NCBI GenBank assembly: GCA_964501575.1
Contig: CAZCTP010000005.1
Span: 2,446-66,445 of the forward strand
Length of the DNA stretch: 64,000 nt
Direction of reading: 5' to 3'
DNA from: an uncultured Thermodesulfobacteriota bacterium
GTDB lineage: Bacteria > Desulfobacterota > CAZCTP01
Part shown: piece after piece, positions 37,077 through 46,823 of the stretch
How positions within the stretch are numbered: the first letter of the stretch is position 1
How the letters are laid out: each line of letters starts with the position of its first letter
Translations under genes and position numbers: made by a program
Notes under the pieces: generated by a model
What the model was told of the DNA's origin: nothing
What the model saw: only the letters and a program-made list of their open reading frames with translations
Databases searched by the model: none

Positions 37077-38928
37077 ATAAATCGTTTATTAAATCATCAA
37101 GTTCCAGTTCTATAAGCTTATCTTTTGATGGCTTCGCATTTTCAATGTTCCAATCCATTGCAATAAGATATTCTTTAATCTGGGTATCAAGGTCTACTGT
37201 AACGTCTTTGTTTGGACCATCTGGCTGTGGGGGACTTCCTGTTACTCTACCTGGAACCCTGAATTTTAAAGGATTTATTCCCTCTCTTATATTAAAGGCT
37301 TGAAGCATATTTGCAATCCTTTCACCCCTTTTTAAAGCTTCCTCCATGCTTATATTCCATCCTGTAACAGAGCTCAGGAATTTAGGAACTATCGTAGTAT
37401 CAAAGAGGAATTGACCAAACATGCATAGTCCTGATGAACTTAATATATGCATATAATTGCTTAATTTTTTATGATTTTCAGCCTTTCCTGAATAACTGTA
37501 CTTATCATGGGGTTTAATATCTATACCCTTTGGTTCAACCCCTTCAGCCCAATGAGCTCCACCTCTGGTATGTCTTGCTGGGGTTGGGTCCATCTTATAT
37601 GTCGTTGCTATTCCAGGAAGATGTTTGGGGTCTCTCATAGGAACTTCCTGGCCAGCTATATGGATAGCAAATTCTTCTGAACCATTACCAATTTTTTCTG
37701 AAGCCTTCTTTACCCCATCAGCAAGAACATCTCCAAATCCTTCTCTTTTAGCCAATTTTTCTGTCATTTTCACAATGGATTCATGATTCCCCCATCTTAG
37801 TTCTATTTCATCAGTGTCATTAAGGGTTATTATCCCGTTTTCAAAGCATTCAATTGCGAAGGCTATTGTAACTCCTGCTGATATGGTATCAATACCATAT
37901 CTATTACATATATCATTTGCTTTTATTATTGATTCCACATTATCATTGAGGCACATATTACCAAATGCAGCAAGGGTCTCATGTTCGGGTTTCTTCGCAT
38001 CGTCTAATTGATAACCGCCCTCTTTAACAGATACAATTCCTCCGCATGCCACCGGACATCTATAACATGCATACTTCCTTTTTAGGTATTTGATAACATT
38101 AGAATCCGATATTAGCTCCGGGTTAGGGAAATCTACTGGGGCTATTCCTCCATAATTTTTAACCGGGGTTTCTCCAGCCTTTGTCCATACAGCTGTAACC
38201 CCGCATGTTCCAAAATTCCTGAAAACATCAACAAGATGTCCTTTAAATCCTTCAAGAAACTCCTTCCTTAAATTTTCTGTATCCTCTTTATTAGCTATCT
38301 TAATCTCCATATCTCCCTTTGCAGCAATAGCTTTAAGCCTTTTTGAACCCATTATGGCTCCAAGCCCAGATCTTGCTGCAGCTCTTCCTTTATTTGACAT
38401 AATAGCCGATATTAATGATAATTCCTCACCTGATTGTCCAATACACGCAACCTCTGTCTTTTCGCCGTGTCTATTTTTTATTATCTCTTCTGTTTCAAAT
38501 GTATCCTTACCCCATAGATCTGATGCATCCCTCACTTCGGCCTTACCATTCTCTATATATAGATATACTGGTTTATCCGAAATACCACTGAATAAGACCC
38601 CATCATAACCTGATCGCTTTAATGCAACTCCAAAGTATCCACCACTATTTGCATCTCCCCATGTTCCTGTGAGTGGAGACTTTCCAATAGCTGTAAATCT
38701 TGAACCAGTTAATGCGGGAGTTCCGGTTAATGGCCCAGTCATTATACCAAAGTAGCTCTCAGCACTTAGTGGAGAAACTTTTGCCTTCTGTCTACTATAT
38801 ATTAGTCTACATCCAAGCCCATAACCTCCTATAAATTTATTACATATTTCCTCATTTAACTCTTCTTCTTTTACTCTTCTATTGGAAAGATCCACATTAA
38901 GAATCTTTCCCATGTATCCACCTTTCAT
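37066..38928 (-). CDS. aor: Tungsten-type aldehyde:ferredoxin oxidoreductase (second AOR paralog)
   Basis: 620 aa with the AOR Cys motif CYRCPVAC. SD AAGGAGGA. Confidence 0.85.
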   Translation of the reverse strand: MKGGYMGKILNVDLSNRRVKEEELNEEICNKFIGGYGLGCRLIYSRQKAKVSPLSAESYFGIMTGPLTGTPALTGSRFTAIGKSPLTGTWGDANSGGYFGVALKRSGYDGVLFSGISDKPVYLYIENGKAEVRDASDLWGKDTFETEEIIKNRHGEKTEVACIGQSGEELSLISAIMSNKGRAAARSGLGAIMGSKRLKAIAAKGDMEIKIANKEDTENLRKEFLEGFKGHLVDVFRNFGTCGVTAVWTKAGETPVKNYGGIAPVDFPNPELISDSNVIKYLKRKYACYRCPVACGGIVSVKEGGYQLDDAKKPEHETLAAFGNMCLNDNVESIIKANDICNRYGIDTISAGVTIAFAIECFENGIITLNDTDEIELRWGNHESIVKMTEKLAKREGFGDVLADGVKKASEKIGNGSEEFAIHIAGQEVPMRDPKHLPGIATTYKMDPTPARHTRGGAHWAEGVEPKGIDIKPHDKYSYSGKAENHKKLSNYMHILSSSGLCMFGQFLFDTTIVPKFLSSVTGWNISMEEALKRGERIANMLQAFNIREGINPLKFRVPGRVTGSPPQPDGPNKDVTVDLDTQIKEYLIAMDWNIENAKPSKDKLIELELDDLINDLYES

Positions 38929-39141
38929 GATTCCTCCTTAAAATAAAAATATTTATTGAAAGCATTCAACAGATCCATAGAGCCTTAAATATTTAAAAAT
39001 CATCTTGATTTATATAAAAAAACCTCCTCAATTCTTATATTATCATTTTATTTAAAAAGTTATAAATTTCTCTTTTCTAAAAAATCTGTTCTAAATGTCA
39101 AAATCTCAGAAATATAATATCTAATATTCCAACTATACACT

Positions 39142-39927
39142 TCATATATCCACCACTTCATTAACAATATTGACAGGGGTCCCTATATAAAACCTCTTCC
39201 TACTTATAATAGGAATTTTTATCCTGTTGAGATCTACTATTGCTTCAGCCATTTTGATCCCTGTAATCATCGGGTCTACAATTGGCACTCCATCTATCTC
39301 AAATATACCCATCTTTGTCAACATAGGTGATAGCAGACCACATCCTGCTATTATAACATCAGCACCATCATCAATACAGGAATAGGCAACTTCTTCGAAG
39401 CTTTCTATAGCAAGCTTATAATCACCTACTACACACCCAAAGAATTCCTGAGAAGAAAGTCTAATAGATCTTACAGGATTATTTGCAATTACCTGCTTTT
39501 CCATCCTATATTTATGAATATTTTCCTCAATTTCTCCTATATAGTTAGGATCAGATGTCACAATAGCAAATCTTTTACCTAAGATAGAGGCAAAATGCAT
39601 TGATGATTCAGCAATTCCAATAACAGGTATGTTCATTAGTTGACGGAGTGCAAAGAGGGATGGGTCAAAGAAACATGTTATTACAAGGGCATCATATCCT
39701 TCCTTCTCACTTTTTAAAGCATTCTTAAGTATATCTCTGTCATTTAAGAATCTCAATCCTGGAAAGGATATAAACTCAGGATTTAAACCCCTATCCAGAG
39801 CCTTTATTACTATCTCAGTATCGGGCCTTTTTACCATATTATGGCATTCCTTAACTGTGTTTATATAGGGCTTAAATATCTTTGATTCAAGATCCATTTT
39901 TGCTGGAAGCTGACACCATATTCTCAT
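39142..39927 (-). CDS. Asp/Glu/hydantoin racemase family protein
   Basis: Pattern ALVITCFFDPSL...IPVIGIAESS, resembling hydantoin racemase / arylmalonate decarboxylase family members. The ATG lies 5 nt after GGAGG, which is embedded in the ACAD 3' end. Confidence 0.55.
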   Translation of the reverse strand: MRIWCQLPAKMDLESKIFKPYINTVKECHNMVKRPDTEIVIKALDRGLNPEFISFPGLRFLNDRDILKNALKSEKEGYDALVITCFFDPSLFALRQLMNIPVIGIAESSMHFASILGKRFAIVTSDPNYIGEIEENIHKYRMEKQVIANNPVRSIRLSSQEFFGCVVGDYKLAIESFEEVAYSCIDDGADVIIAGCGLLSPMLTKMGIFEIDGVPIVDPMITGIKMAEAIVDLNRIKIPIISRKRFYIGTPVNIVNEVVDI

Positions 39928-41097
39928 TTATGCCTCCATTAACATTCCTAATCTTAATATTTGGTTTGTTCCGTCATATATCTGAAGTATTTTTGCATCC
40001 CTCATATACTTTTCTACCGGATATTCCTTCATATATCCGTAACCGCCGAGAATCTGGACAGCATTTGATGTTATCTCCATAGCAACATCTCCACCAAAAA
40101 CCTTTGCCATACTTGCAAGGGGAATATCTGGATAGGGATGATTATCATAATACCAGCATGCTTTATATACAAGGTTTCTTGCTGCCTCAATCTTCATCTT
40201 CATATCTGCAAGCATAAGTGCAACAGCCTGATGGTTTATAATAGGTTGTTTCCATGTAATTCTCTGTTTTGCATACTCAAGGGCAGTTTCATAAGCAGCT
40301 CTTGCTAATCCAACAGCCATTGCACCGGTTCCAGGCCCAGTTATGCATAACACATCAGGGACCATAACAGCCCCTCTTCCTTCTTCGCCTAACATATTTT
40401 CTTTTGATACTTGAACATTATCCATTATTAGCTCTGTATTTGACATAAGTCTCTGCCCCATCTTGTCTTCAACCTTACCAATGGAGAATCCGGGAGTTCC
40501 TTCTTCTAAGAAGAATATTGTCGCAGTCTCCATAAGAGGTTTGCTCAGGTCATTTCTTGTAAGTATTCCATATAGCTTTGAAACCCCACCATTTGTAATA
40601 AAACATTTCGTTCCATTTAAGATATAATGATCTCCATCTCTTTTACAGGTAGCTTTTGGCCCTATCTCGGGATCAGGAAATGGACAAAATAGGTCTGAAC
40701 CACTATGGGGTTCTGTTGCAGCAAATGCAAATAATCCTTTATTTGCGAGGGGAAGCCATTTTTCTTTCTGTTCTTCTGTTCCATACTTTGCTATACACCA
40801 TGCTGATGCCGCACTGACACAGAAAGATTCTCCCATGCCAGCATCAGCAGCCCCAATCTCTTCAATAACAATAGCTAAGTCAAGAACTTTGCCTCCTCCT
40901 CCCCCATACTTTTCTGGAACAAGCAAGGAATTAAATCCTAAGTCTAACCATTTTTGAACAATATCCTTTGGATAACAATCCTTTGGGTCTTGCTTTCTGT
41001 CATATTCTGGAGCAGCAGGCTTTATTTCATTCTGAGCAAATCTCCTCGCTGTTTCCTGAAGACGCTTTTGGTCTTCTGTTAATCTAAAATCTATCAT
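39928..41097 (-). CDS. Acyl-CoA dehydrogenase
   Basis: 389 aa; ACAD domains span the protein. Confidence 0.8.
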   Translation of the reverse strand: MIDFRLTEDQKRLQETARRFAQNEIKPAAPEYDRKQDPKDCYPKDIVQKWLDLGFNSLLVPEKYGGGGGKVLDLAIVIEEIGAADAGMGESFCVSAASAWCIAKYGTEEQKEKWLPLANKGLFAFAATEPHSGSDLFCPFPDPEIGPKATCKRDGDHYILNGTKCFITNGGVSKLYGILTRNDLSKPLMETATIFFLEEGTPGFSIGKVEDKMGQRLMSNTELIMDNVQVSKENMLGEEGRGAVMVPDVLCITGPGTGAMAVGLARAAYETALEYAKQRITWKQPIINHQAVALMLADMKMKIEAARNLVYKACWYYDNHPYPDIPLASMAKVFGGDVAMEITSNAVQILGGYGYMKEYPVEKYMRDAKILQIYDGTNQILRLGMLMEA

Positions 41098-41113
41098 TTT
41101 TAAACCTCCTTTT

Positions 41114-42145
41114 TTAGTAGTTTACTTTCCCCACATAGAACTCCTCATCGGGTTCCCTTGGGGTTATGCCTATAGCCCTTAAGGAAGCTCTATATCTCTC
41201 TTTAATATGTTCATATAGCCTGTGAACAGGAAGTCTAAGGGGACCACCATTGAATCCCACAAGCCATCCCATATATTTCCATTCGGGGTAATGGTAAGTG
41301 CCTTGAAGAAGGGTTGGGTACAATCTTTCCATCCATATAGCCCTTGCTGGTTGAAGCTGCCAATATAATTCCATCCCTTTGTTCATATCTCCCTTCTGCA
41401 TCAGATTAAAATATTGGGTAAGTCTTGGATTGTCCGGAGTCTGGAGATATTCATAGGGCCCGGCCCCCGCCCACTGCATTCCATATTTCTCAATCCATAT
41501 TGGCCAATTTGCCTCCGAGGGATCCTGAACCAATATCTTATGTCCGTACAGCCTCTGAGCTTCAGCAAACCCGGCTACACTAAGTGTTCCATACTTCATA
41601 CCAACTACATTTTCAATATCAGCCATTTGGTTAAGAAGCTGGGGCGGAAAAGCACTTGGATGAAATCTCTCAAAATTATATTTATGTGATGGGTATAGAT
41701 TTATTGCAAGGTCTGTAGAATTACATATTCTTTCTGTGAAATCATATATTTCTTTTTCACTCTTTGGATAAAAATAGGGAGGATAACCAAGTAATGCTGA
41801 GTCGCATCCACAACCTTCTGCGTATTTTACCATCTCAAGTGTATCCTCAAAGGAATTAAAGCTCAACCATAGAGATATGAATATTTTACCCTTTGCTTCA
41901 TCTACTGCTATCTCCATAAATTTTTTCATTTCTTCTTTCGTTGTTCCTGCATCTGGAACAAGAAGGGTTGAGAAGAATCCATGTTTTATACATTCTTTTA
42001 CATCGTGTCTGATTCCTTTTTCATCCAAGTTTCTGAGATCAGGAGTGAAGGATGGAAATAAGCAATTTTCAATTCCCTTAAAATTTTCTTTGGCCCATTC
42101 CTTTGCTTCTGATTTTCTATATTTCATATTTCCTCCTTTTTTCAT
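41114..42145 (-). CDS. DapA/NAL-family class I aldolase-like protein (dihydrodipicolinate synthase family)
   Basis: GTT(K)EE, AEGCGCDSALL..P.Y and VVGMKYG (putative Schiff-base Lys) align with the DapA family. The ATG at 42127 is an alternative start. Confidence 0.5.
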   Translation of the reverse strand: MKKGGNMKYRKSEAKEWAKENFKGIENCLFPSFTPDLRNLDEKGIRHDVKECIKHGFFSTLLVPDAGTTKEEMKKFMEIAVDEAKGKIFISLWLSFNSFEDTLEMVKYAEGCGCDSALLGYPPYFYPKSEKEIYDFTERICNSTDLAINLYPSHKYNFERFHPSAFPPQLLNQMADIENVVGMKYGTLSVAGFAEAQRLYGHKILVQDPSEANWPIWIEKYGMQWAGAGPYEYLQTPDNPRLTQYFNLMQKGDMNKGMELYWQLQPARAIWMERLYPTLLQGTYHYPEWKYMGWLVGFNGGPLRLPVHRLYEHIKERYRASLRAIGITPREPDEEFYVGKVNY

Positions 42146-42401
42146 AAATTATTTTTACTAAAAAATCAAGCTTTTAGAAATAGAGTTTAAAAATTATAGA
42201 TTTAACCTCCTTTTATGATTTGTTTTTCAAAAGTAGTTTATATTATAAAATCATTTAAATAAAATTACAATTTCTTATTGTCTGAATTAAGAGATTGATT
42301 TTATTGATAAGCACATAAAACTTGTTTGTTTAACTCTGTTGATTGTGGGTATTATGTGGTTTTGAACGTAGTTACAAAGTAAGTATCTTCTAAGATAATC
42401 A

Positions 42402-42430
42402 TTGACAATAAGTCTAATATATTATATATT
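42402..42430 (+). promoter_or_regulatory. Candidate sigma70-type promoter (TTGACA-N17-TATATT) for uppP
   Basis: The hexamers were read directly, about 17 nt upstream of the ATG at 42448. Confidence 0.4.
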
Positions 42431-42447
42431 GTAGAGAAAAGTCTCTA

Positions 42448-43203
42448 ATGAATATATCTTATGCGATCTTATTAGGAATATTGCAAGGGTTAACAGAATT
42501 TTTGCCTATAAGCAGCTCAGCTCATCTTGTAATTGTCCAGTCCTATATAAAAGATTTTCATCAACCTGGGGCATTATTTGATATTACACTACATTTTGGA
42601 ACATTGTTGGCGATATTCATATATTTCAGAAAGGAAATAAAGAATATATTGTTTAATAATAGAAAAGTAATAATTTTAATAGTAATTGGAAGTATACCAA
42701 CCGGGATAATAGGACTATTACTTAAAGATTATGCAGAGATTCTCTTTTCATCCCTATCTTTATCTTCATTAATGCTTATTGTAACAGGCATTCTTTTGTA
42801 TATAGCATCTAAATTTAATAATAACGGGAAAAAAGAGATAAGGAAATCTGATGCTATATTAATAGGTGTTATTCAAGGGCTTTCTGTAATTCCTGGTATA
42901 TCCCGATCTGGATCAACCATATCTGTAGGTATATATAGGGGAATAAAGGCTGAACATGCTGCAGAATTCTCGTTTTTGCTTTCAATCCCAGCAGTATTGG
43001 GAGCGAATATTTTAAGTATGAGAGATTTCGTTTTACTTTCTGGAACCGAGGTAAGCTATTACATTATTGGAATGCTTACTTCGTTTTTGTCCGGTCTTAT
43101 AGGTTTGCATTTCCTTATGAAATTTATAAATAGATTAAACTATTTTTCATATTATTGTTTTGCTATTGGAGGTATAAATCTAATTGAAGCCTTCAAAATA
43201 TAA
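42448..43203 (+). CDS. uppP: Undecaprenyl-diphosphate phosphatase
   Basis: N-terminal GILQGLTEFLPISSSAHL, a C-terminal repeat (GISRSG), and 8 TM segments. Confidence 0.85.
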   Translation: MNISYAILLGILQGLTEFLPISSSAHLVIVQSYIKDFHQPGALFDITLHFGTLLAIFIYFRKEIKNILFNNRKVIILIVIGSIPTGIIGLLLKDYAEILFSSLSLSSLMLIVTGILLYIASKFNNNGKKEIRKSDAILIGVIQGLSVIPGISRSGSTISVGIYRGIKAEHAAEFSFLLSIPAVLGANILSMRDFVLLSGTEVSYYIIGMLTSFLSGLIGLHFLMKFINRLNYFSYYCFAIGGINLIEAFKI

Positions 43204-45190
43204 TAAAGAGATTATAGGGATAATATCATTCTCATTGGCTGTATTTATTGGTATAAGTTTATTTTCGTACAATTCCAATGACATCTCATTCAGTAATATA
43301 GATAATAGAGGAATTAGTAATTTAGGTGGATGGGTAGGGGCATATTTATCCAATATTTTATTTCAGGTAATAGGATTGAGTTCATATCTTATACCTTTTA
43401 TTTTACTATATGTATCAATAAACTTTTTTATAGATAAAGAATTTAAAAAGTCTGAATTTATAGGGATAGTCACATTCATAATTTCAGGTTCATCCATTAT
43501 TGCTTTGACATTTCCCTATGTATCAATTAATGGGAATAGAATATTGGGAGGAGGAATATTTGGTTCCTTTATTTCAAATATATTAATAGAATACTTCAAT
43601 ATTACAGGGACATTTATTCTCCTTTTATCAGCAGTTATCTTGTCAATTATATTAATTGGTAATGTATCTGTCTATTCTCTCTTTAAATCAATTAGTATAA
43701 AAAGAAGTCCTTTGAAAGTTAATACTAAGCAAAATGTTCCAGTAACTCAGGATGCTGATGTATCTATAAAACCTGAGATTGACTCAAAATCCATGACAGA
43801 TCAAGGCTACCAAGCTCCTCCAATAAGTTTACTGAACTCCCCTGGATCTTCAGTATCTAAACTTGAAAAAGATGAATTGATAAACAATTCAAAAATTCTT
43901 GAAGATAGATTAAAAGGATTTGGTGTTAATGGTAAAATTGTAGAAGTGCATCCTGGCCCAGTAATAACAATTTATGAGTTCGAACCTGCCCCAGGTGTAA
44001 AAATAAATAAGATAGTTAATCTTTCACATGATTTATCTTTAGCCCTGAAGGCTCCATCAATTAGGATAGTTGCTCCTATTCCGGGAAAGTCTGTAGTTGG
44101 TATAGAGATTCCTAATACTGTCAGAGATACAGTTTATCTAAAAGAAATATTGAAATCTAATGAATTTAATAATTCAAAGTCAAAGCTTACATTGGCTTTA
44201 GGAAAGGATATATTTGGAAATCCGGTGATAACAGACCTTACAAAGATGCCTCATCTATTAATTGCTGGTGCAACCGGAGCAGGTAAGAGTGTTGGTTTAA
44301 ACTCTATGATATGTAGTATTTTATATAAAGCTACACCGGATGATGTTAAACTAATGATGATAGACCCGAAGATGTTAGAACTTTCGCTATACGATGGGAT
44401 TCCTCATCTTCTTATTCCAATAGTTACAGATTATAAGAAATCTGCCCCAGCATTAAAAGGAATTGTAGAAGAGATGGAAAATAGATATAGAATAATGGCT
44501 GATATTGGTGTAAGAAATATAGATAGGTATAACCAAAAGGTAGGTAAAGAAGGTAAGAAGATTCCATATATAGTTGTTATTATTGATGAACTTGCTGATC
44601 TTATGATTGTGTCAGCAAGAGAAGTGGAGGAATCTATTGCAAGATTAGCTCAGATGGCAAGAGCGGCTGGGATACACCTTATTGTAGCCACTCAGAGGCC
44701 ATCTGTTGATGTTTTGACAGGTATAATAAAGGTTAATTTTCCTGCAAGAATCTCTTTTAAAGTTACTTCAAGAGTGGATTCAAGGACTATTCTTGATGCT
44801 ATTGGAGCAGAGAGTTTGCTTGGATCAGGAGATATGCTATTTCTTCCTCCAGGGACCTCAAAGCTCAAGAGAATCCATGGAGCATATATATCCGAGTTAG
44901 AGATAAAGAGAGTTGTGAACTTTCTGAGAAAATATAAGACACCAGAATATAATGAGGAGATAATGAAATGGGGGGAGAGCGATTTTAATGAAGATGAAGA
45001 GCAGGATGAGAAATATAAAGAGGCAGTGGAGATAGTTCTACAAACAGGACAGGCATCAATATCTCTTATTCAGAGAAGATTGAAGATAGGTTTTAATAGG
45101 GCTGCGAGAATGATTGAGATGATGGAGAAGGAAGGTATAGTGGGACCTCAAGAGGGAGGGAAGCCAAGGGAGGTATTATTAAAGGAATAG
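43184..45190 (+). CDS. ftsK: DNA translocase FtsK
   Basis: N-terminal TM segments, Walker A (AGATGAGKS), Walker B (VVIIDELADL) and a C-terminal gamma winged-helix domain. Confidence 0.9.
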   Translation: MKPSKYNKEIIGIISFSLAVFIGISLFSYNSNDISFSNIDNRGISNLGGWVGAYLSNILFQVIGLSSYLIPFILLYVSINFFIDKEFKKSEFIGIVTFIISGSSIIALTFPYVSINGNRILGGGIFGSFISNILIEYFNITGTFILLLSAVILSIILIGNVSVYSLFKSISIKRSPLKVNTKQNVPVTQDADVSIKPEIDSKSMTDQGYQAPPISLLNSPGSSVSKLEKDELINNSKILEDRLKGFGVNGKIVEVHPGPVITIYEFEPAPGVKINKIVNLSHDLSLALKAPSIRIVAPIPGKSVVGIEIPNTVRDTVYLKEILKSNEFNNSKSKLTLALGKDIFGNPVITDLTKMPHLLIAGATGAGKSVGLNSMICSILYKATPDDVKLMMIDPKMLELSLYDGIPHLLIPIVTDYKKSAPALKGIVEEMENRYRIMADIGVRNIDRYNQKVGKEGKKIPYIVVIIDELADLMIVSAREVEESIARLAQMARAAGIHLIVATQRPSVDVLTGIIKVNFPARISFKVTSRVDSRTILDAIGAESLLGSGDMLFLPPGTSKLKRIHGAYISELEIKRVVNFLRKYKTPEYNEEIMKWGESDFNEDEEQDEKYKEAVEIVLQTGQASISLIQRRLKIGFNRAARMIEMMEKEGIVGPQEGGKPREVLLKE

Positions 45191-45264
45191 GGATTGTTGC
45201 ATTATTAATATTTATTATATTAATTTTTAATATTAGAGATAGCTTTAGCCTTGAAAGGGATATA

Positions 45265-45816
45265 TTGGATAGGATGCAATTAATATATGAGGAAGCAGAT
45301 GATATAAAGGGTAATTTTATTCAGGAGTCTTTCTTAAAGTCCTTAAATAAATGGGATAAAATGGAAGGGGAGTTTTATATTAAAAAACCTGGAATGATGC
45401 GATGGAATTATAAAAAGCCATATATTCAGGAGATAATAATTTATGGTAGGAAGATATGGATCTATTATCCTTTAGAGAAGGAAGTAACTGTGAATAAATT
45501 ATCAGATGCATTGATAGATAATATTTCAATAACCTTTCTATTAGGTGCTGGAAATATAAAGAAAGATTTCAATATTAAAATGGCTAAGGTCCCTTATTCA
45601 TTTAATCTCTTTCCAAAGAATCAAATGGGAGATGTAGATAGAATATTCATAAATATTGATAGTAAGAGTTATTTAATAAAACTAATGGAGATCCATGACA
45701 TATATGGGAATATAAATAGGCTAAAGTTTAATAATCTTTCAATAAATAATAATATTTCTTTATCTTTGTTTATTTTTAAACCACCAAAAGATGTGGAGAT
45801 AATAGGTGAAGAATAA
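45265..45816 (+). CDS. lolA: Outer-membrane lipoprotein carrier protein LolA (N-terminus uncertain)
   Basis: The LolA-family pattern runs through the ORF. An in-frame hydrophobic segment lies upstream of the tabulated TTG start; see findings. Confidence 0.6.
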   Translation: MDRMQLIYEEADDIKGNFIQESFLKSLNKWDKMEGEFYIKKPGMMRWNYKKPYIQEIIIYGRKIWIYYPLEKEVTVNKLSDALIDNISITFLLGAGNIKKDFNIKMAKVPYSFNLFPKNQMGDVDRIFINIDSKSYLIKLMEIHDIYGNINRLKFNNLSINNNISLSLFIFKPPKDVEIIGEE

Positions 45817-46048
45817 AATTAAGAGTAATCTTATCTTAAATACATTGGGAGAATATTGTCCTATTCCTATAATTAAGACTCAGGAGTATATAAATAAAAT
45901 AAAAATGGGCGAAGTACTTGAGATATTATCGGATGATAAAGGAATTATAAAAGATATGATAGACTGGTGTAAGGGTAGTGGCAATGAGTTTATAGGGTTT
46001 GATAAGGATAATGATAAGTATAGACTATATATAAAAAGATTGGTATAG
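45806..46048 (+). CDS. TusA-like sulfurtransferase
   Basis: 80 aa with the N-terminal LNTLGEYCPIPIIKT motif (CPxP active-site Cys). GTG start overlapping lolA. Confidence 0.65.
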   Translation: MKNKIKSNLILNTLGEYCPIPIIKTQEYINKIKMGEVLEILSDDKGIIKDMIDWCKGSGNEFIGFDKDNDKYRLYIKRLV

Positions 46049-46058
46049 GGAGAACATC

Positions 46059-46823
46059 TTGGAAGATAGAAGACTCGGTGATGAATGGATAGACTGGAGT
46101 GGTAACTTAAATGATTATGAGTGGGATATAAAGGAAAGGAAACGTCTTTTCTTTGGTTTCTCTATAGTTGTATTTTCTCTTTTAATAACAGGGTCTCTAT
46201 TTTTAGGGTATCTAATAAAACCCCGTCTGAATCAAATAACTCCTCTCTTATCAAAGATAATATTTTTATTCTTCTTTTTTATCCTATCCCTTATATTTTT
46301 ATGGTTTTTCCTTTTAGCAATATCTACAATCACGGGTAAAAACTATCTTCCATTTCCAAGGTTAAACTATGCCATTTTGGATTTCTTCTTAATAAGAGCT
46401 ATATGGCTTGGAGAGAAACTTGGAATATCAAAGGATAGGATGTGTAATTCCTTTATAAAGGTAAATAATGCTCTTGTAAAAAGCATAAAGGGCATATACT
46501 ATAGGGATAAACTTTTAATTTTATTACCTCGATGTTTAGATAAGAGAGTGATAGATGTGATAAAAGATATATGTAAAAGATATAAATGTGAAATAATGAT
46601 AGTAGGTGGGGGGAATCTGGCAAGGAAGATAATCCTTGAAAAGAAGCCTACTGCTATAATAGGGGTTGCATGTGAGAGAGATCTTGTTAGTGGAATAAAG
46701 GATGTAGCAAAGAATATTCCAGTGATAGGAATCGCAAATAAGAGGCCTAAAGGTCCATGTAAGGATACCTATATAGATATCAATCAGTTAGAGGAGGCTA
46801 TTAAATTCTTTAGCTATGGGTAG
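46059..46823 (+). CDS. Membrane protein with Cys-rich cytoplasmic domain (DUF116-like)
   Basis: Two TM helices followed by a domain carrying conserved Cys (LPRCL, C..YKC, VAC). TTG start 6 nt after GGGAG. Confidence 0.45.
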   Translation: MEDRRLGDEWIDWSGNLNDYEWDIKERKRLFFGFSIVVFSLLITGSLFLGYLIKPRLNQITPLLSKIIFLFFFFILSLIFLWFFLLAISTITGKNYLPFPRLNYAILDFFLIRAIWLGEKLGISKDRMCNSFIKVNNALVKSIKGIYYRDKLLILLPRCLDKRVIDVIKDICKRYKCEIMIVGGGNLARKIILEKKPTAIIGVACERDLVSGIKDVAKNIPVIGIANKRPKGPCKDTYIDINQLEEAIKFFSYG

